A stretch of 64,000 nucleotides of DNA from Eledone cirrhosa (taxonomy: Eukaryota), in assembly GCA_964016885.1 (NCBI GenBank), contig OZ024743.1, positions 25,978,001 through 26,042,000 on the forward strand. Direction: 5' to 3'. The position numbers and the translations under genes are program-made. Below the pieces are notes generated by a model. It was not told where the DNA came from, ran no database searches, and worked only from the letters and a program-made list of their open reading frames with translations. Within the stretch, counting starts at the first letter, position 1. Each line of letters begins with the position of its first letter. This document shows, piece after piece, positions 27,211-39,360 of the stretch.

Positions 27211-27409
27211 TAAAAATAGACAAGGGTTAAAATGTCCTCTTCAGTAGTCTTCTGATTTATCGTTGGTATTTCGTCCCACTGTCCCGATAACTTAATTGAG
27301 TTATCGCTCGCACTGATTTTAGGTATAAAGTAGTCGTTAATGCGTCGAAATACCAACGATAAATCAGAAGACTACTGAAGAGGACATTTTAACCCTTGTC
27401 TATTTTTAT
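27210..27409. repeat. Perfect 64-bp inverted repeat with a 72-bp spacer, in TA-rich flanks
   Basis: 27210-27273 is the reverse complement of 27346-27409. Confidence 0.9.
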
Positions 27410-27507
27410 CCATATATTCATGTTCGCAACAACGCAGCACGCAATTTATATATATATGTGTGTGTATGTGTGTGTATGTATGTGTCTATAAATATAGACA
27501 CATACAC

Positions 27508-27595
<88 letters not shown>

Positions 27596-27639
27596 GTATA
27601 TATATATATATATATGAGGTGTAGGATGGACGCATAAAG

Positions 27640-28385
27640 ATTGCGTATCCCGAGTCTCCAAAATCGGTTTCAAAAGGGACCAAACCTTGACATTTGGAAC
27701 AAGACAACCCTTAGAGGTAAAGAGCAGAACCTAGTGGGTGAAGCTTGTTGCTACCGGCTAGATTTAATAGGGCTTTCCTCAACAATGTTCCGTGGTTCTG
27801 GTACTGTATATTTGGATGGGGGGATGGGAATTCCCTAATTCAGGTCTTTGAGAAATTGTGGGAGTCTTGCCAAAAGATATATTCTTGTTTTGTAGACATC
27901 GAAAAAGCATATTTCCGCGTTCCTCGAGACCTGTTGTGGAAGGTTCTACAGATTCATAGAATCGATGGTCAGTTTCTTGTTGCCCTGATGTCTCTATACG
28001 AATGCCCGAGTATTTGTGTTCGGATAAATGGTGCTAAATCAAAACCATTAAATGTGACTTCCCCAAGGGTGCGTACTGTCATCTCTCTTGTTCATTATTT
28101 TTATGAATAGGATTGACATACCACATTGGAAGTGGTATCACGACTGACAGGTGTAAAATCAGTCGGTTGAAACTTGCAGACGACATGGTGTTACTTAACT
28201 CGACAGAAGGTGATCTCCAACATGTATTTGATTGGTTTGATGCCGAGTACTGCATTGGTTGGAATGAATGATCAGAGCTGCGAAAACTGAGACACTCGTC
28301 CTCTCAGGGAAGCCTGCGCAGTACACTCTACATGTACATGGAGTTCCACTGAAGCAGGGGGAGAAGTTCAAGTATCTATTATTAG
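27640..28385 (+). mobile_element. Deleted RTE (Expander/Rex3-like) remnant: endonuclease N-terminus joined to RT
   Basis: [30 protein letters not shown]; CFVDIEKAYFRVPRDLLWKVL; LADD; KTETLVL; LKQGEKFKYL. Confidence 0.85.
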
Positions 28386-28402
28386 GCGAAGAAGATATGA
28401 AG

Positions 28403-28501
<99 letters not shown>

Positions 28502-29534
28502 GCGCGCGTGTGTGTGTGTGCGTGTGTGTGTGTGTGTGTGCGTGTGTATGTGAATGGGTGTGTCTGTGTGTGCTTGTGTAGATAGATTGATAGATAAATA
28601 GAAGCGTATTTAAATTTGGTATTTCGGAAGAAATACGGTATGTTTGAAATAAACATTTGGAGAGCCGTAGCTATGCAAAACACCAACGACTAACGCCGTC
28701 TGGCGGTATCCAGCAGAAGCAAGGGGGACAATCGTGGATGCGCATATATATATATGGGAGCGGTGAATGTGTATATTAATCTATAACACTGTATTTATAT
28801 AAACAAGAGTGGTGGTTTCCCTTGTATGCATTTGGTCTGTGTATGAAAACGACACAGAATATACAGAAAAATATATACACAAGTGAAGATGATAGATTTG
28901 TAAGAATTTAAAAAAATCTGTATCATATTATATATGTGCGTGCGTGTCTACGTTTGTGTACATACATGTTTGCAACATGCCCCCACGATATGGCTGGCAA
29001 ACACTTACGCAAGATTGCTAGAACATGAAACCTTTGGATCCGCAATAAATGTCCGTGTGTTCGAATCATAATAAATTACCTCTGTATATATGAAGAGCGC
29101 GCTATCTTGTTGGTGATATACTCATTACATACATTTCATCGACAAGAATCAATGTTGTCCCCTCTGGCGTCTTTACATACACTGTCTGTTGTCTATGTAG
29201 TGCCAGCTGTAATTTTTCACGCATTTATCTCCTATTCTTTGTTTAATTATCGTCTCACAAGTATTTCCCCAACAGAGAGGACTTTTAATGTGTGAACTGC
29301 ACAGTCAGCAAGGTGAATGACGAGGTAACGATGTATTTGTCTGTTCGTGTTGTATAACTATGTATATTTTCTGCTGATATATATATATAAGAAGTTTGAG
29401 AAAGCAAGCTGAAGCCGGAGGGCTCATGGTCGGGACTCTAACGTTTTGATATTCACATTCTATATCTCACCATGGATCGACTACTACCCTGATTTGTGGT
29501 CTTCCCTGTCCTCTCAACGCAGGCACCCTATATA

Positions 29535-29615
29535 CAGGGTGTACCAAAAAAAAATGTTTACACATATTTATTATCATACTGCTGAATTATGTATATATTT
29601 TGAGGGGACACCCTG
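29535..29615. mobile_element. 81-bp Tc1/mariner-type MITE
   Basis: TA-CAGGGTGT...ACACCCTG-TA termini. Confidence 0.7.
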
Positions 29616-29628
29616 TATATATATATAT

Positions 29629-29723
<95 letters not shown>

Positions 29724-29878
29724 CACATAAAACCCATGTTCATTTTGTGATCAAGAGCGATGTAGTTTTAACGCGGTCTCAAATCAAAGACGTCAAATTA
29801 TTGTCAGCTTTTTCTCACCTTCCCTTTTCAATCTCTTTCATTCCCCCTCTCTCCTTCGCTGTCTTCTCTTTTCTCTCT

Positions 29879-29940
<62 letters not shown>

Positions 29941-30372
29941 CCCTCTTTCTTTTCATATTCTGTCTTATGTCCGATTCAACACTGTTTGACAGCTGTGTTT
30001 GTTTTCATACCTATAAAGATCTCATCTCTTTCATCCTACTAACCACCACCCCTTCTCAAATTTTCTTCTAACAACCTCATCTTTCTTTCTCCATCACCTA
30101 CACAATGCCAGACCACCCTCCGCCAAACCATACGCACGCACACAGCTACACATAAACATAAACAGAGAAACACCCTCACTCTCTTACTCGCACAATAGCC
30201 ACAGAGATCTCACTCATTCTAATACATTTACAAATAAAAGCCAACTTTTCTCACCCTTGTTCATCTATCGAACAAATTAAAGATTATCATTTTGTCTATT
30301 GAATAAAGTTAAAAGGACAGTATGGTGCGGTTCGGGTTGTGCTTCTTGTTGATGTTGATGTTATTGTTGTTT

Positions 30373-30436
<64 letters not shown>

Positions 30437-30590
30437 CAGCAGCAGCAGAGCAGCAGCACAGCAGCAGCAGCAGCAGCAGTAACAGCACCAGCAGCAGTAG
30501 TAGTAGCAGTAGGAACAGCAGCAGCAGCAGCAGTAACAGCAGCAGCAGCAGCAGTAATAGTAGCAGTAGCAACAGCAGCAGCAGTGGTAA

Positions 30591-30658
<68 letters not shown>

Positions 30659-30841
30659 GACATATTGGTGAAGTTGTGGTTTTGCCCCAGTTCACCCCTG
30701 ATTTACCAGATGTGATCCCAGACCTAGTGTTCCAGATATATTATTCTATGACTCCACCTAACTGAAGATCATACTACAGGTTCCAACATAGAATAGTTAA
30801 TCGCATGGAATGTAGTGTAACAGTCTGGACATGTTGTACTC

Positions 30842-32250
30842 TCTTCTCTGTGTTTAGGAGAGGTATGGGCCGGGAAATATTTATAACGTTCTTCTTGTTC
30901 TCGTCTTTCAACAGCATAAATATGCCCTCACTTACTCAGACTCAGACTCAGAAGCTCCCGCGTCTTGCGACGCATGAGGCAATCATAGTGTTCCATCCCG
31001 TTCGGTCAGCAGCCAGTTTCACAGCGTCCCGCCATTGTCTGTTTGTCGCTCGCAGGTCTCTCTCAACTGTCTGGCGCCAATTCATTTTGGGTCGCCCTCT
31101 CCGACTGCTTCCCTGCGGGCTCCATTTAAGTACTTGGTTCGCCAATCTCTCCGGGGGAAGTCTCAAAGCGTGTCCAAACCAGCCCAGGCGTCGCTTGCAG
31201 ATGGTAGAAGAGACTAGCTGCTGGTTGGTGCGGTTCCTGACTTCCTGGTTTGTTACATGCTCACTCCATTTAATCCCCAAGATCTTTCGCAGATATCTGG
31301 AATCGAATGCGTCCAACTTTTTCTCTTGGCTGGTCTTAAGGTGCCATGTTTCACTTCCGTACAAGAGTGTGGACAGCACGTTGCTGTTGTAGAATCTCAT
31401 CTCACTTACAGAACTGGGAATTCTCCCGTTCTGCTGCCGGTTGCAGTAGACGGTTTCGAGGAGATCAGAGAACAAGCCTGGCATGTCTACGTTAAGCCAG
31501 TAGGGCAGATCGTGGAAACCGAGTGATTTGAACCTCATACAGCTGGGGCCTGGCCAGCACTTTCTGTATCTCGGCCGTTGTTATTGGTTTTTCGCAGCAT
31601 CAACCGCCAAGGGACACGGGAGGCCGTCGAGGTAGTAACTGAAGTCCGTCACAGCCTGCAACGACCCCCTCTCCCCGAGCAATCGTGCAAAGTGGTAGCG
31701 AAAGGCCACACACATCTGCATGGAATCGACCAGCAAGCGTCCGTCTCGGTTTGTCAAAGATCAAATTGTAGTTTTGTTGCCCCCCTAGCCCGAGACCTTC
31801 GTGTTTCGCAATGAAGAAATTATCTAGTGCCATTCTTAGTGCTAGCACCTCGGCTGCAATGCCACTTCTAATCCCTTCATCTAATTTATCTATTTAACCC
31901 CCTCCTTTCTGTTTTTCTATAGCTACTTATTTACTAAAAGCTGATTCTACTCTAGCCTCTCTCTTGAGACAACCCTACTACCTGTTGTTGACTCCCACTT
32001 TCAACCTTTGCTTAACTAAAGTGCTAATCCGGTACCTGTCAGAAAGTTGGAACAGCTTCATCAGGTTCTTGAGGCTGTTGCACCCTCCGTTTCTATCTGC
32101 TACTCCCACACAATCCCAGCGAGCGTCCAAAATGCCCTTCCAGTCCCCCGCTGACAGTAAAGGGCGAGACGTTCCTAGACATACTTCCAGGTACCTGAAG
32201 AAATGTGGTTGTCAAGTCACGACCAGGACGTAGGTAGCCACCACCTCACC
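30842..32250 (-). mobile_element. Old, deleted L1/Tx1 ORF2 remnant interrupted by an RTE insertion
   Basis: Collinear with about 34590-35850 (GDWKGILDARWD, QQNGRIPSSV, LLNTE). Confidence 0.85.
30936..31400 (-). mobile_element. Young 5'-truncated RTE LINE with (TGAGTC)n tail and 9-bp TSD
   Basis: Uninterrupted frame LLYGSETW...LRKILGIKW...RRLGWFGHALR...RRGRPKMNW. TSD CTCACTTAC at 30927-30935 and 31401-31409. Confidence 0.92.
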
Positions 32251-32808
32251 TCAAATTACAGGTCGACTAAGCGGGGACAGTGGAACTGGGAGGGAAGGCA
32301 GAGGGGCTATGGCTCCCCCCAATAATTATATGTTTCTCCCCAAACTACCAAAACACACATGTATTTGTATATACGCTACAATTTATGTACATGTTATGTA
32401 GAGATAGATGGGAGAGATAGATATAGATATAGAGAGGGGGAGAGTCTGGTGGTAATTGATATAGAGGGGGTATTGGGAGAGAGCGCTGTTTGGTAGATAT
32501 AGAGAGGGGGAGAGTTTGGTAGTGAAGGATGAAGTGAGAAGGAATGAGACAGTGTTGTATGGATATATATTTCTATTTATTTGCCACCAGGGCATCAAAG
32601 ATTGGGATAAATACAAAGGGGGGAGTTTACATACATTTAAAAAGACGTGTAAAAAACATATAACAAATTAAATTTAACAATCGATGTCCTCAATAGGGAG
32701 GGGCGTTGACATGGGTCTCACACACACCCGAAAAAATGTGCAACCCTCCTCTTCAGGAGCACAAAGAGCGGGTGCTTCCTTCCTCTTCTCATTCTTCTCC
32801 TCTCTCAC

Positions 32809-35800
32809 CTACAGGCTGATATAGAGAGAAGGCCCATTCACTCGGGCCATTCTCGCTACTTTCACCCATCTTTCATAAAACTTGCTGGGGTAGAACACCT
32901 CTCTCTCCATTCTGATCCTTCTTCTAAAGTGGTACTTGAAAAAAAAGACCAGTTGTTGGCCGGAGAGAAAGGTGTGTGACCTCAGCCCTTTCAACCTTGT
33001 CCACCATACAACTTCTTTCGCCATGGCTATCACACAGAGGAAAACCGCCTCTCCTTCGTTTTTGAAAGGGGGAGGCGGTTTGATTGTGACAATGTTCTCG
33101 GTGGTCAACCGGATTGGTCCCAGCCGCGACAGTAGTCGTTCTACATAGCCCCACAGGTCAGCAACGCCCGGGCAGTGTACGAATACGTGTGCGACGGTTT
33201 CCGAACGGGTAGAGCTCCTCGGTAACATTGCCAAGCCAGGGACTTTTGGAAGTTGTCCATCGGTCCCGGGCCAAACGTCCTACCGAACAGACTGGCCAGC
33301 TCGTCTTCCTCCATGCCCAGAGCCTCTCCGAGAGCGTTGTCGCACTTACTGCGCACCAACCCTCTATAGAATGTTGAGGTTGAGTCTCCACTGATTGCCG
33401 GATCCGCTTGCCAGAGGGACGTGAGCGCCTGGGCACATTCAATGTGCCAGTCGCCCACTTTTCTCGGTCTTTGCTTGACACAGGATTGCAGCTCGGTGAG
33501 TGAGACGAGTCTCGGAAAGGCTCGCCTCACAAACAGTGCCCACACCAGCTGACCGGTGAGGAATACCTGGAGGTGCCGTAGCCTTAATGCGTGTCTACGC
33601 ATCATCAGCCACGGCATCCCCAGCCCTCCGTTCGAAGGGTGTTGACAGCAGATGGATCTTCTCACCAAAGGAGCCCGCTTCTTCCAAAGAAATCGGAAGA
33701 GCGCGCGCTCCATTTTGGCGAGTGTTTTCTCTGGGCAAGGCACGACGGTCAAGCGGTAGTAGATGACGGACGCTATATAAGCGTTCGCCACCTCCGCTCG
33801 ACCTTTCAGGGATAGTTTGCACTCGGCCCACTTCTGGGCGAGTGCAAACACCTTGCCCGTTACCTCGTCCCAGTTTTTCTCCACCTGGAGGTCCGGTCCG
33901 AACCAGACCCCGAGCAGCTTCACCGGTCCCTCCGTCCAGCGTCCGACGATGCCGTCGGAGGGCATCGTTTTTCCCCTCCACGTCCCGAGTTGCAAACCGA
34001 CGGACTTTACCGGTTCAGCTTGGCTCCTGTGAACCTTTCATATTCCTCCAGTAAGGTGCCGATCTGCCCGATTTCCGAGGCGCACGACACCATTACTGTC
34101 ACGTCATCGGCGTAGGCCGACACCGCTTTCCGCAATCCCGGTTCCAAGGGGATGCCCTGCAACAGCTCCAGCTTCCGCAGTAGTGGCTCGAGAGCCAGCA
34201 CATACAGGAAGGAGGAGAGAGGGCATCCCTGTCGAATGGATCGCGTGATTTGGAACGGCTCCGAGAGGTAGCCGTTCACCTTGCCCCTCGAGCAGGTGTT
34301 GCTGCTGTGCATTGCAGCAATCCAGCCCCTGAAAACGGGTCCGAAGTCTGCCGCCGCGAGCACCGCATCCAGGTACCGATGGTCAACCCTATCGAACGCT
34401 TTAGATTGATCCAAGTTGATCAGGGCCTCACCAAAGCCGGGTTCGTTCCCTACCCTCTCTACGATGTATCGCATGAGGTGGAGGTTGTCGTGTATGGACC
34501 TGGACGGGATTGCGCATGTCTGCGCTTCTCCCACCAGGTTCCCGACGACAAGCGCCAACCTCTTCGCTAACACCTTGGCCAAAATCTTTAACTCTGTGTT
34601 TAGCAGAGTTATGGGCCTGAAGTTATCTATGTCATCCCCCTTGTTCTCGTCCTTCCTCACCAGCGTGACTACGCCCTTGGTCACAGAACTGGGAATTCTC
34701 CCGTTCTGTTGCCAGTTGCAGTAGACCGCCTCGAGGAGACCGGAGAACAAGCCCGGCATCGCTACATAAAGTTCGTATGGTAGACCATCGAGACCCGGAG
34801 ATTTGCGTTTGCCGCATTGGCTCAGCGCTTCCCCTATTTCAGGGGCTGAAATAGGCCTCTCGCAGAACTTCGCCTCCCCGTCCGAGAGCCGCGCCAGACC
34901 GTCGAGGTATCGACCGAAATCCATGGCGCCACCCGGCCCGCCGCCCCTCCCGAACAGTCGTGCAAAGCGCCGTTGAAAGGCCGCGCTCATCCGCTCAGGT
35001 TCAAGGATCACGCGTCCATCCTGGTCCTTCAAAGACCGAATCGTGGACTTGTTGCCACTTTTTGCCTCTGTCACTCGGGCCCAGCTAACAGCTTTGGCTC
35101 CCTCGTTACCCAGAGCACGTATTTTACTCCTGACAACGCAGTCCTCGTGCTTCGCATCAAAGAACTGGTCTAGGGCCGTTCTTGACGCCAGCACGCTGGC
35201 CACGTTGCCACTCCTAATCGCCTCTTCTACTCTATTTGTTAATTCCCTTTCAGTTCTATTCCTATCTGATGCTAATTCCCGACTAAAACCTATCGATTCT
35301 ATTCTAATTTCTCTCTTCAGAGAGCCCCACCACCTGTTGTTGACAATTGCCCCCGTCAAACGCTGCTTAACTAGTGTGCTAATCCGCTTACTGTAAGCTT
35401 TGTTTGTCGGTAAAGACAAGATTAGCTTCCAGTAACCGGGTCCCTGTCTATGAGTTCTATCAAGGTTGACCACTCCGGTCACCAACTTGTGATCCGAATA
35501 GTCAACCATGAACATTCGTGGACAGCTTAATATGTCCCTATCCTTATTTCTAGCTAGGAACCTATCTAGGTACGACCTAGATGTTCCGCTGAAATTACTC
35601 CATGTCCACCGTGGCACAGTCGGAAAATCTAGTCGATATCTATCGGCCAGATCAAATCGGCCGATTAATCGTTTGAGGCTGTTACACCCCCCTCTATCGG
35701 GACATGCCCCTACATAGTCCCAACGTGCATCCAGGATACCATTCCAGTCCCCCACTAAAAGCAAGGAGCGAGACGTTCCCAGGAAATTCTCCAGGCGTCG

Positions 35801-36169
35801 GAAGAAGTCTGGTCGCGGTGTCCCAGATGGGGCATACGCTGCCACCAGCCTGAAAGCTCCACCTTCACCACTGCCGACGTCTAAAACCACCAGTCGACCC
35901 TCCGGGTCCAGGTGTACCTTCTGTGTGGCATGACCCAGGTATTTTCGCAGCAGAACGACAACCTCACCCCCACCCCTCGGCTGACAGAGAGATGCGTAGA
36001 TCTCAAAGTCGTCGAAGATGGGTGCCAGTTGGCGCTCGCTGCTGATCCTGGACTCGCAAATAACCATTACATCCATTCTGTGCGACCTGAGGTCATTTAA
36101 GAGTTTGCCCTGTTTCCAGGACATCTCCAAGCCGCGTGCATTCGCACATCCAACTCTTATATTGGCCAT
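32809..36169 (-). pseudogene. Copy A ORF2 (AP endonuclease + reverse transcriptase), disrupted
   Basis: 720-aa ORF with NARGL, GDWN, SYLDRFL, SDH, PGLDG, DQSKAFDRV, RQGCPLS and YADD. Frameshift near 34010. The CPRC half of the C-terminal zinc knuckle, present in copy B, is deleted near 33200. Confidence 0.92.
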
Positions 36170-36211
36170 GTTGGTACTGAAGAGGTAAAAAGGAAGAGGA
36201 AAGGAAATTAC

Positions 36212-37900
36212 TTACCTCTTCGTCTCCTGGGGACCAGGCTGCACAATTTCCATGGGGGTGTTGGAAGGGTTGTTTGGTGGGGTAGTGGTTTGTGGTGGGG
36301 TGAGGACATCAATGTGTGGTGGGATTATGGTGTTTGGTGGGGTGTGGGTGTCTGTTATGTGGTTTGGTGCAGTTGGTCCCCACATGCATTGGATGGTTCT
36401 TTTTCAAAGTTACATAGGTTTCCGTTGGGACCCTAATCATCATTAGGTGCGGTTTGTTCGCTGCGTAGGTGAAAGTGATCCCCTCGGTTTCCACCGAAGG
36501 GTTATTTTCTATCGCTTTCATCAACGTTTTATTGTTCTTGTTAATGTATGTATAGAGTTTTTGTTGTGTTGTGTTTGTTTTTGTTTGTTGTTCTTGTGCG
36601 TGTTTGCGTTTTGTAGTACGTGTTATGTTTTGGGGAGGGGTGGGGTTTTTTATGTGTGATGTTTGTTCTGTTTGTGCTGGTGGTTGTGTGTTTGTGGCAT
36701 TTTTGTTAATGTGGTGCCTTTTTTTTTTCTTTTCACCTGTTGAAAGGGTTCTCCCTCGTCGTCACTGGGTGACGTTGATACGGAGTCCTCTTCCGTGTTG
36801 TGGGGGAGGGGTATATTTTGGGGTTTTGTTGTGGTTGCTTTTGTATTTGTTTTAGGTGGGGAGGGGTTGGGTGGAACAGTGTTTTGTGTTGTTATTTTTC
36901 CTTGTTGTTGTTGTTGCTGTTGTTGTTGTTGTTGTGGTGGTGGTGGTTGTGTTGTTGTGTTCGGGGTTGGCAGAAGAGCCTTTTTTTTTACTCGTTAATT
37001 GAGGACAGGTAGCCCTCAGGTGACCCCTGCTTAAGCAGTGGTAACATGACGGCCGCCTTCCCTCCACTGAAATGTTTATATAAGTAAGCCCGTCCAGAGG
37101 CACGCGTTGTGGGATATTCGCTATTCGTTCTGGACTCATTTGCACCAGAACTTCTACGCTGGTCCCACCAAATACACCTCCGGAGGACTTTCCTATAGAA
37201 ATTATCTTGTCTTCATCAAAGTCAATGATTCCACATAGTATCCACCAAATATTTACATTTGGTGTGATACTCATTATTTTTATTCTTTGTGTCCTTTTTC
37301 CCCTGTATGTGGGGAAAAAGGTGAAGCGGGGACACACAATGGGTGATACCGAGTACTTTTGTGCTGTTGACTGGTTGTTATTAGCACCGAAATGCTACCA
37401 AACAGTTTACCTTTTTGTATGAAGGTTATGTCCTTCATTGCATCTTTTAGAACCAGCTCAATTTCATTTTGTGATAATTGAGCTGGTTTTCTTGTTACGT
37501 TCGATATTGTCCTGAAAACTGTGGTTTTCAGGACAGCATCTCTACGTAATTCCTGTGGAGAATTGATGCTAAAAGCACCGTTTTCGCCAAAAGTCACGAA
37601 TTGTTTTGCGTCTTGTAGTAGTTGTTTAGCATTTGTTATGTCTATTGGCGTGTATAGTTCGTTTTTTGTTACAGTCTGTGCAAATGTTGTTTTGGTGTTG
37701 TTGTCTTTTTTGTTGCTGCTGTTGTTGTCACTGTTGGTAATATTGTTCATGTTTTCCTTGGTGTTGCTATTGTTGCAGTTGTTGGTTGTGGTGTTATTGT
37801 CATTGTTCTTGTTGTTGGTGCTGGTATTATTTACCGGGTTTGGTTTCGTGGTTTCAATATTTTCAACGTTTTTCGATAATGCGAGGGGGGGGGGGGCTGC
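36212..37900 (-). pseudogene. Copy A ORF1 (gag-like, single CX2CX4HX4C), frameshifted
   Basis: Pieces 37280-37750, 36852-37337 (CYHCLSRGHLRATC) and 36309-36524 align with copy B ORF1 pieces. The start is uncertain. Confidence 0.75.
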
Positions 37901-38163
37901 AAGCTTTGTACTCCTACCTTCCCTCCACCACTTTTCTTAGTGGGCGTGGCACTCACGACAGTGTGCGAGGTGGAAATGGCATCCATTGCTGACTACCAAG
38001 TCTACACAGTTTTGAGATGAAAATGAAAATTTCGCCCCAGAAAGGGGCGAAAATTAGTTGACTCAACGTCTGAAGTCCCAGGCAAGGGGTTAAACTAAAC
38101 AATGCTATTAAATTGAGCAATGAACTCACAGTTTTTTTGACAATAATCCGTAAAAGTCCGTAT

Positions 38164-38380
38164 AATTGATATAGAGAGGGGGATTGGGAGAGAGTACCGT
38201 GTAGTAGATATAGAGAGGGGGAGAGTTTGGTCTCAATTGATATAGAGAGGGAGATTGGGAGAGAGTACCGTGTAGTAGATATATAGAGGGGGAGAGTTTG
38301 GTCTTAATTGATATAGAGAGGGGGATTGGGAGAGTATGCTGTATGGTTGATGTAGAGAGGGGGGAGAGTTTGATGGTAAT
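38164..38380. repeat. 71-bp purine-rich minisatellite, about 3 copies
   Basis: AATTGATATAGAGAGGG starts at 38164, 38235 and 38306. A related unit lies at 32425-32522. Confidence 0.9.
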
Positions 38381-38739
38381 GAATAGAAGGCGAGGATTGA
38401 TCTGGGGTGTACGTTAGTATGTTGAAATACCGCATGATATTTTTTTTATTTTTTATGTTCCATTTTTTGGCGGGGGGGATGCCTTTTGATGTTTCCTATA
38501 TTCCTCGCTGTGAAAAGAGGTTTCTGAACACGAGTCATTTCACTCAGAAGGGAAGAGGGAGAGCAATGTTGGTATCCATCTGGGTGGTCTTTAAGTTTCT
38601 TGCAGTCTCTGGAGGGTGGGGTGTTGGTCTTGATGCTATCGTTGCTGCTGCTTGTGTTGTTCGTACCTCATTTGATGTTGTTGTGGCTGCGGGGGTCCTT
38701 TGCAAATAAAGTGTGAAATTAAGGGAAAATTTGATAATT

Positions 38740-39360
38740 ATAATGGTTTCTTATATAGGAACAAGGGCAGCAAGTTTGGGGGAGGGGAAAGTCAATTAAA
38801 TCGACCCCAGTACATTACTGGTACTTTATTTTATCAACCCCGTAAGGATGAAAGGCAAAGCTGATCTCGGCGGGATTTGAACTTAGAACTAAAGGGCCGT
38901 AACTCTATACCATAAAGCATCTTGTCCGTCGCTCTACCGATACTGCCAATCCACCGCCAATAATAATAATTATTTCTACTTTTGGCACAAGGCCGGCAAT
39001 TATCCCAGTGCATTACTGGTACTTTGTTTTATCGACCCCGTAAGGATGAAAGGCAAAGTTAACCTCGGCGGGATTTGAATGCAGAACATAAAGGGCCGTA
39101 ACTCTATGCTGCAAAGCATGGTATCCGATTATCTACAGATTCTGCCAATCCACCGCCCTTACCGCCAATAATAATAATAATTGTTTCTACTTTTTGGCAC
39201 AAGGCCAGCAATAACCCAGTACATTACTGGTACTTTATTTTATCGACCCCGTAAGGATGAAAGGCAAAGTTAACTTTGGCGGGATTTGAACTCAGAATGG
39301 CAAGGGCCGTAACTCAATGCGTCAAAGTATGGCGTCTGACCCTCTACCGATACTGCCACC
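38740..39360 (-). mobile_element. Array of three head-to-tail SINEs
   Basis: The middle copy 38971-39160 is flanked by TSD ACCGCCAATAATAATAAT (38953-38970 and 39161-39178). Confidence 0.92.

Larger units (their letters stand above)
32570..38160 (-). mobile_element. Near full-length L1/Tx1-clade non-LTR retrotransposon, copy A (frameshifted)
   Basis: 5'UTR, ORF1 with CCHC knuckle, ORF2 with APE, RT and C-terminal domain, and a 3'UTR ending AATAAATAGAA. Confidence 0.93.

Noticed and set aside
38740-39360. CRISPR-like regular repeats
   Set aside because: Units are about 200-bp SINEs with pol III boxes and TSDs. There are no spacers or cas genes, and the context is eukaryotic.
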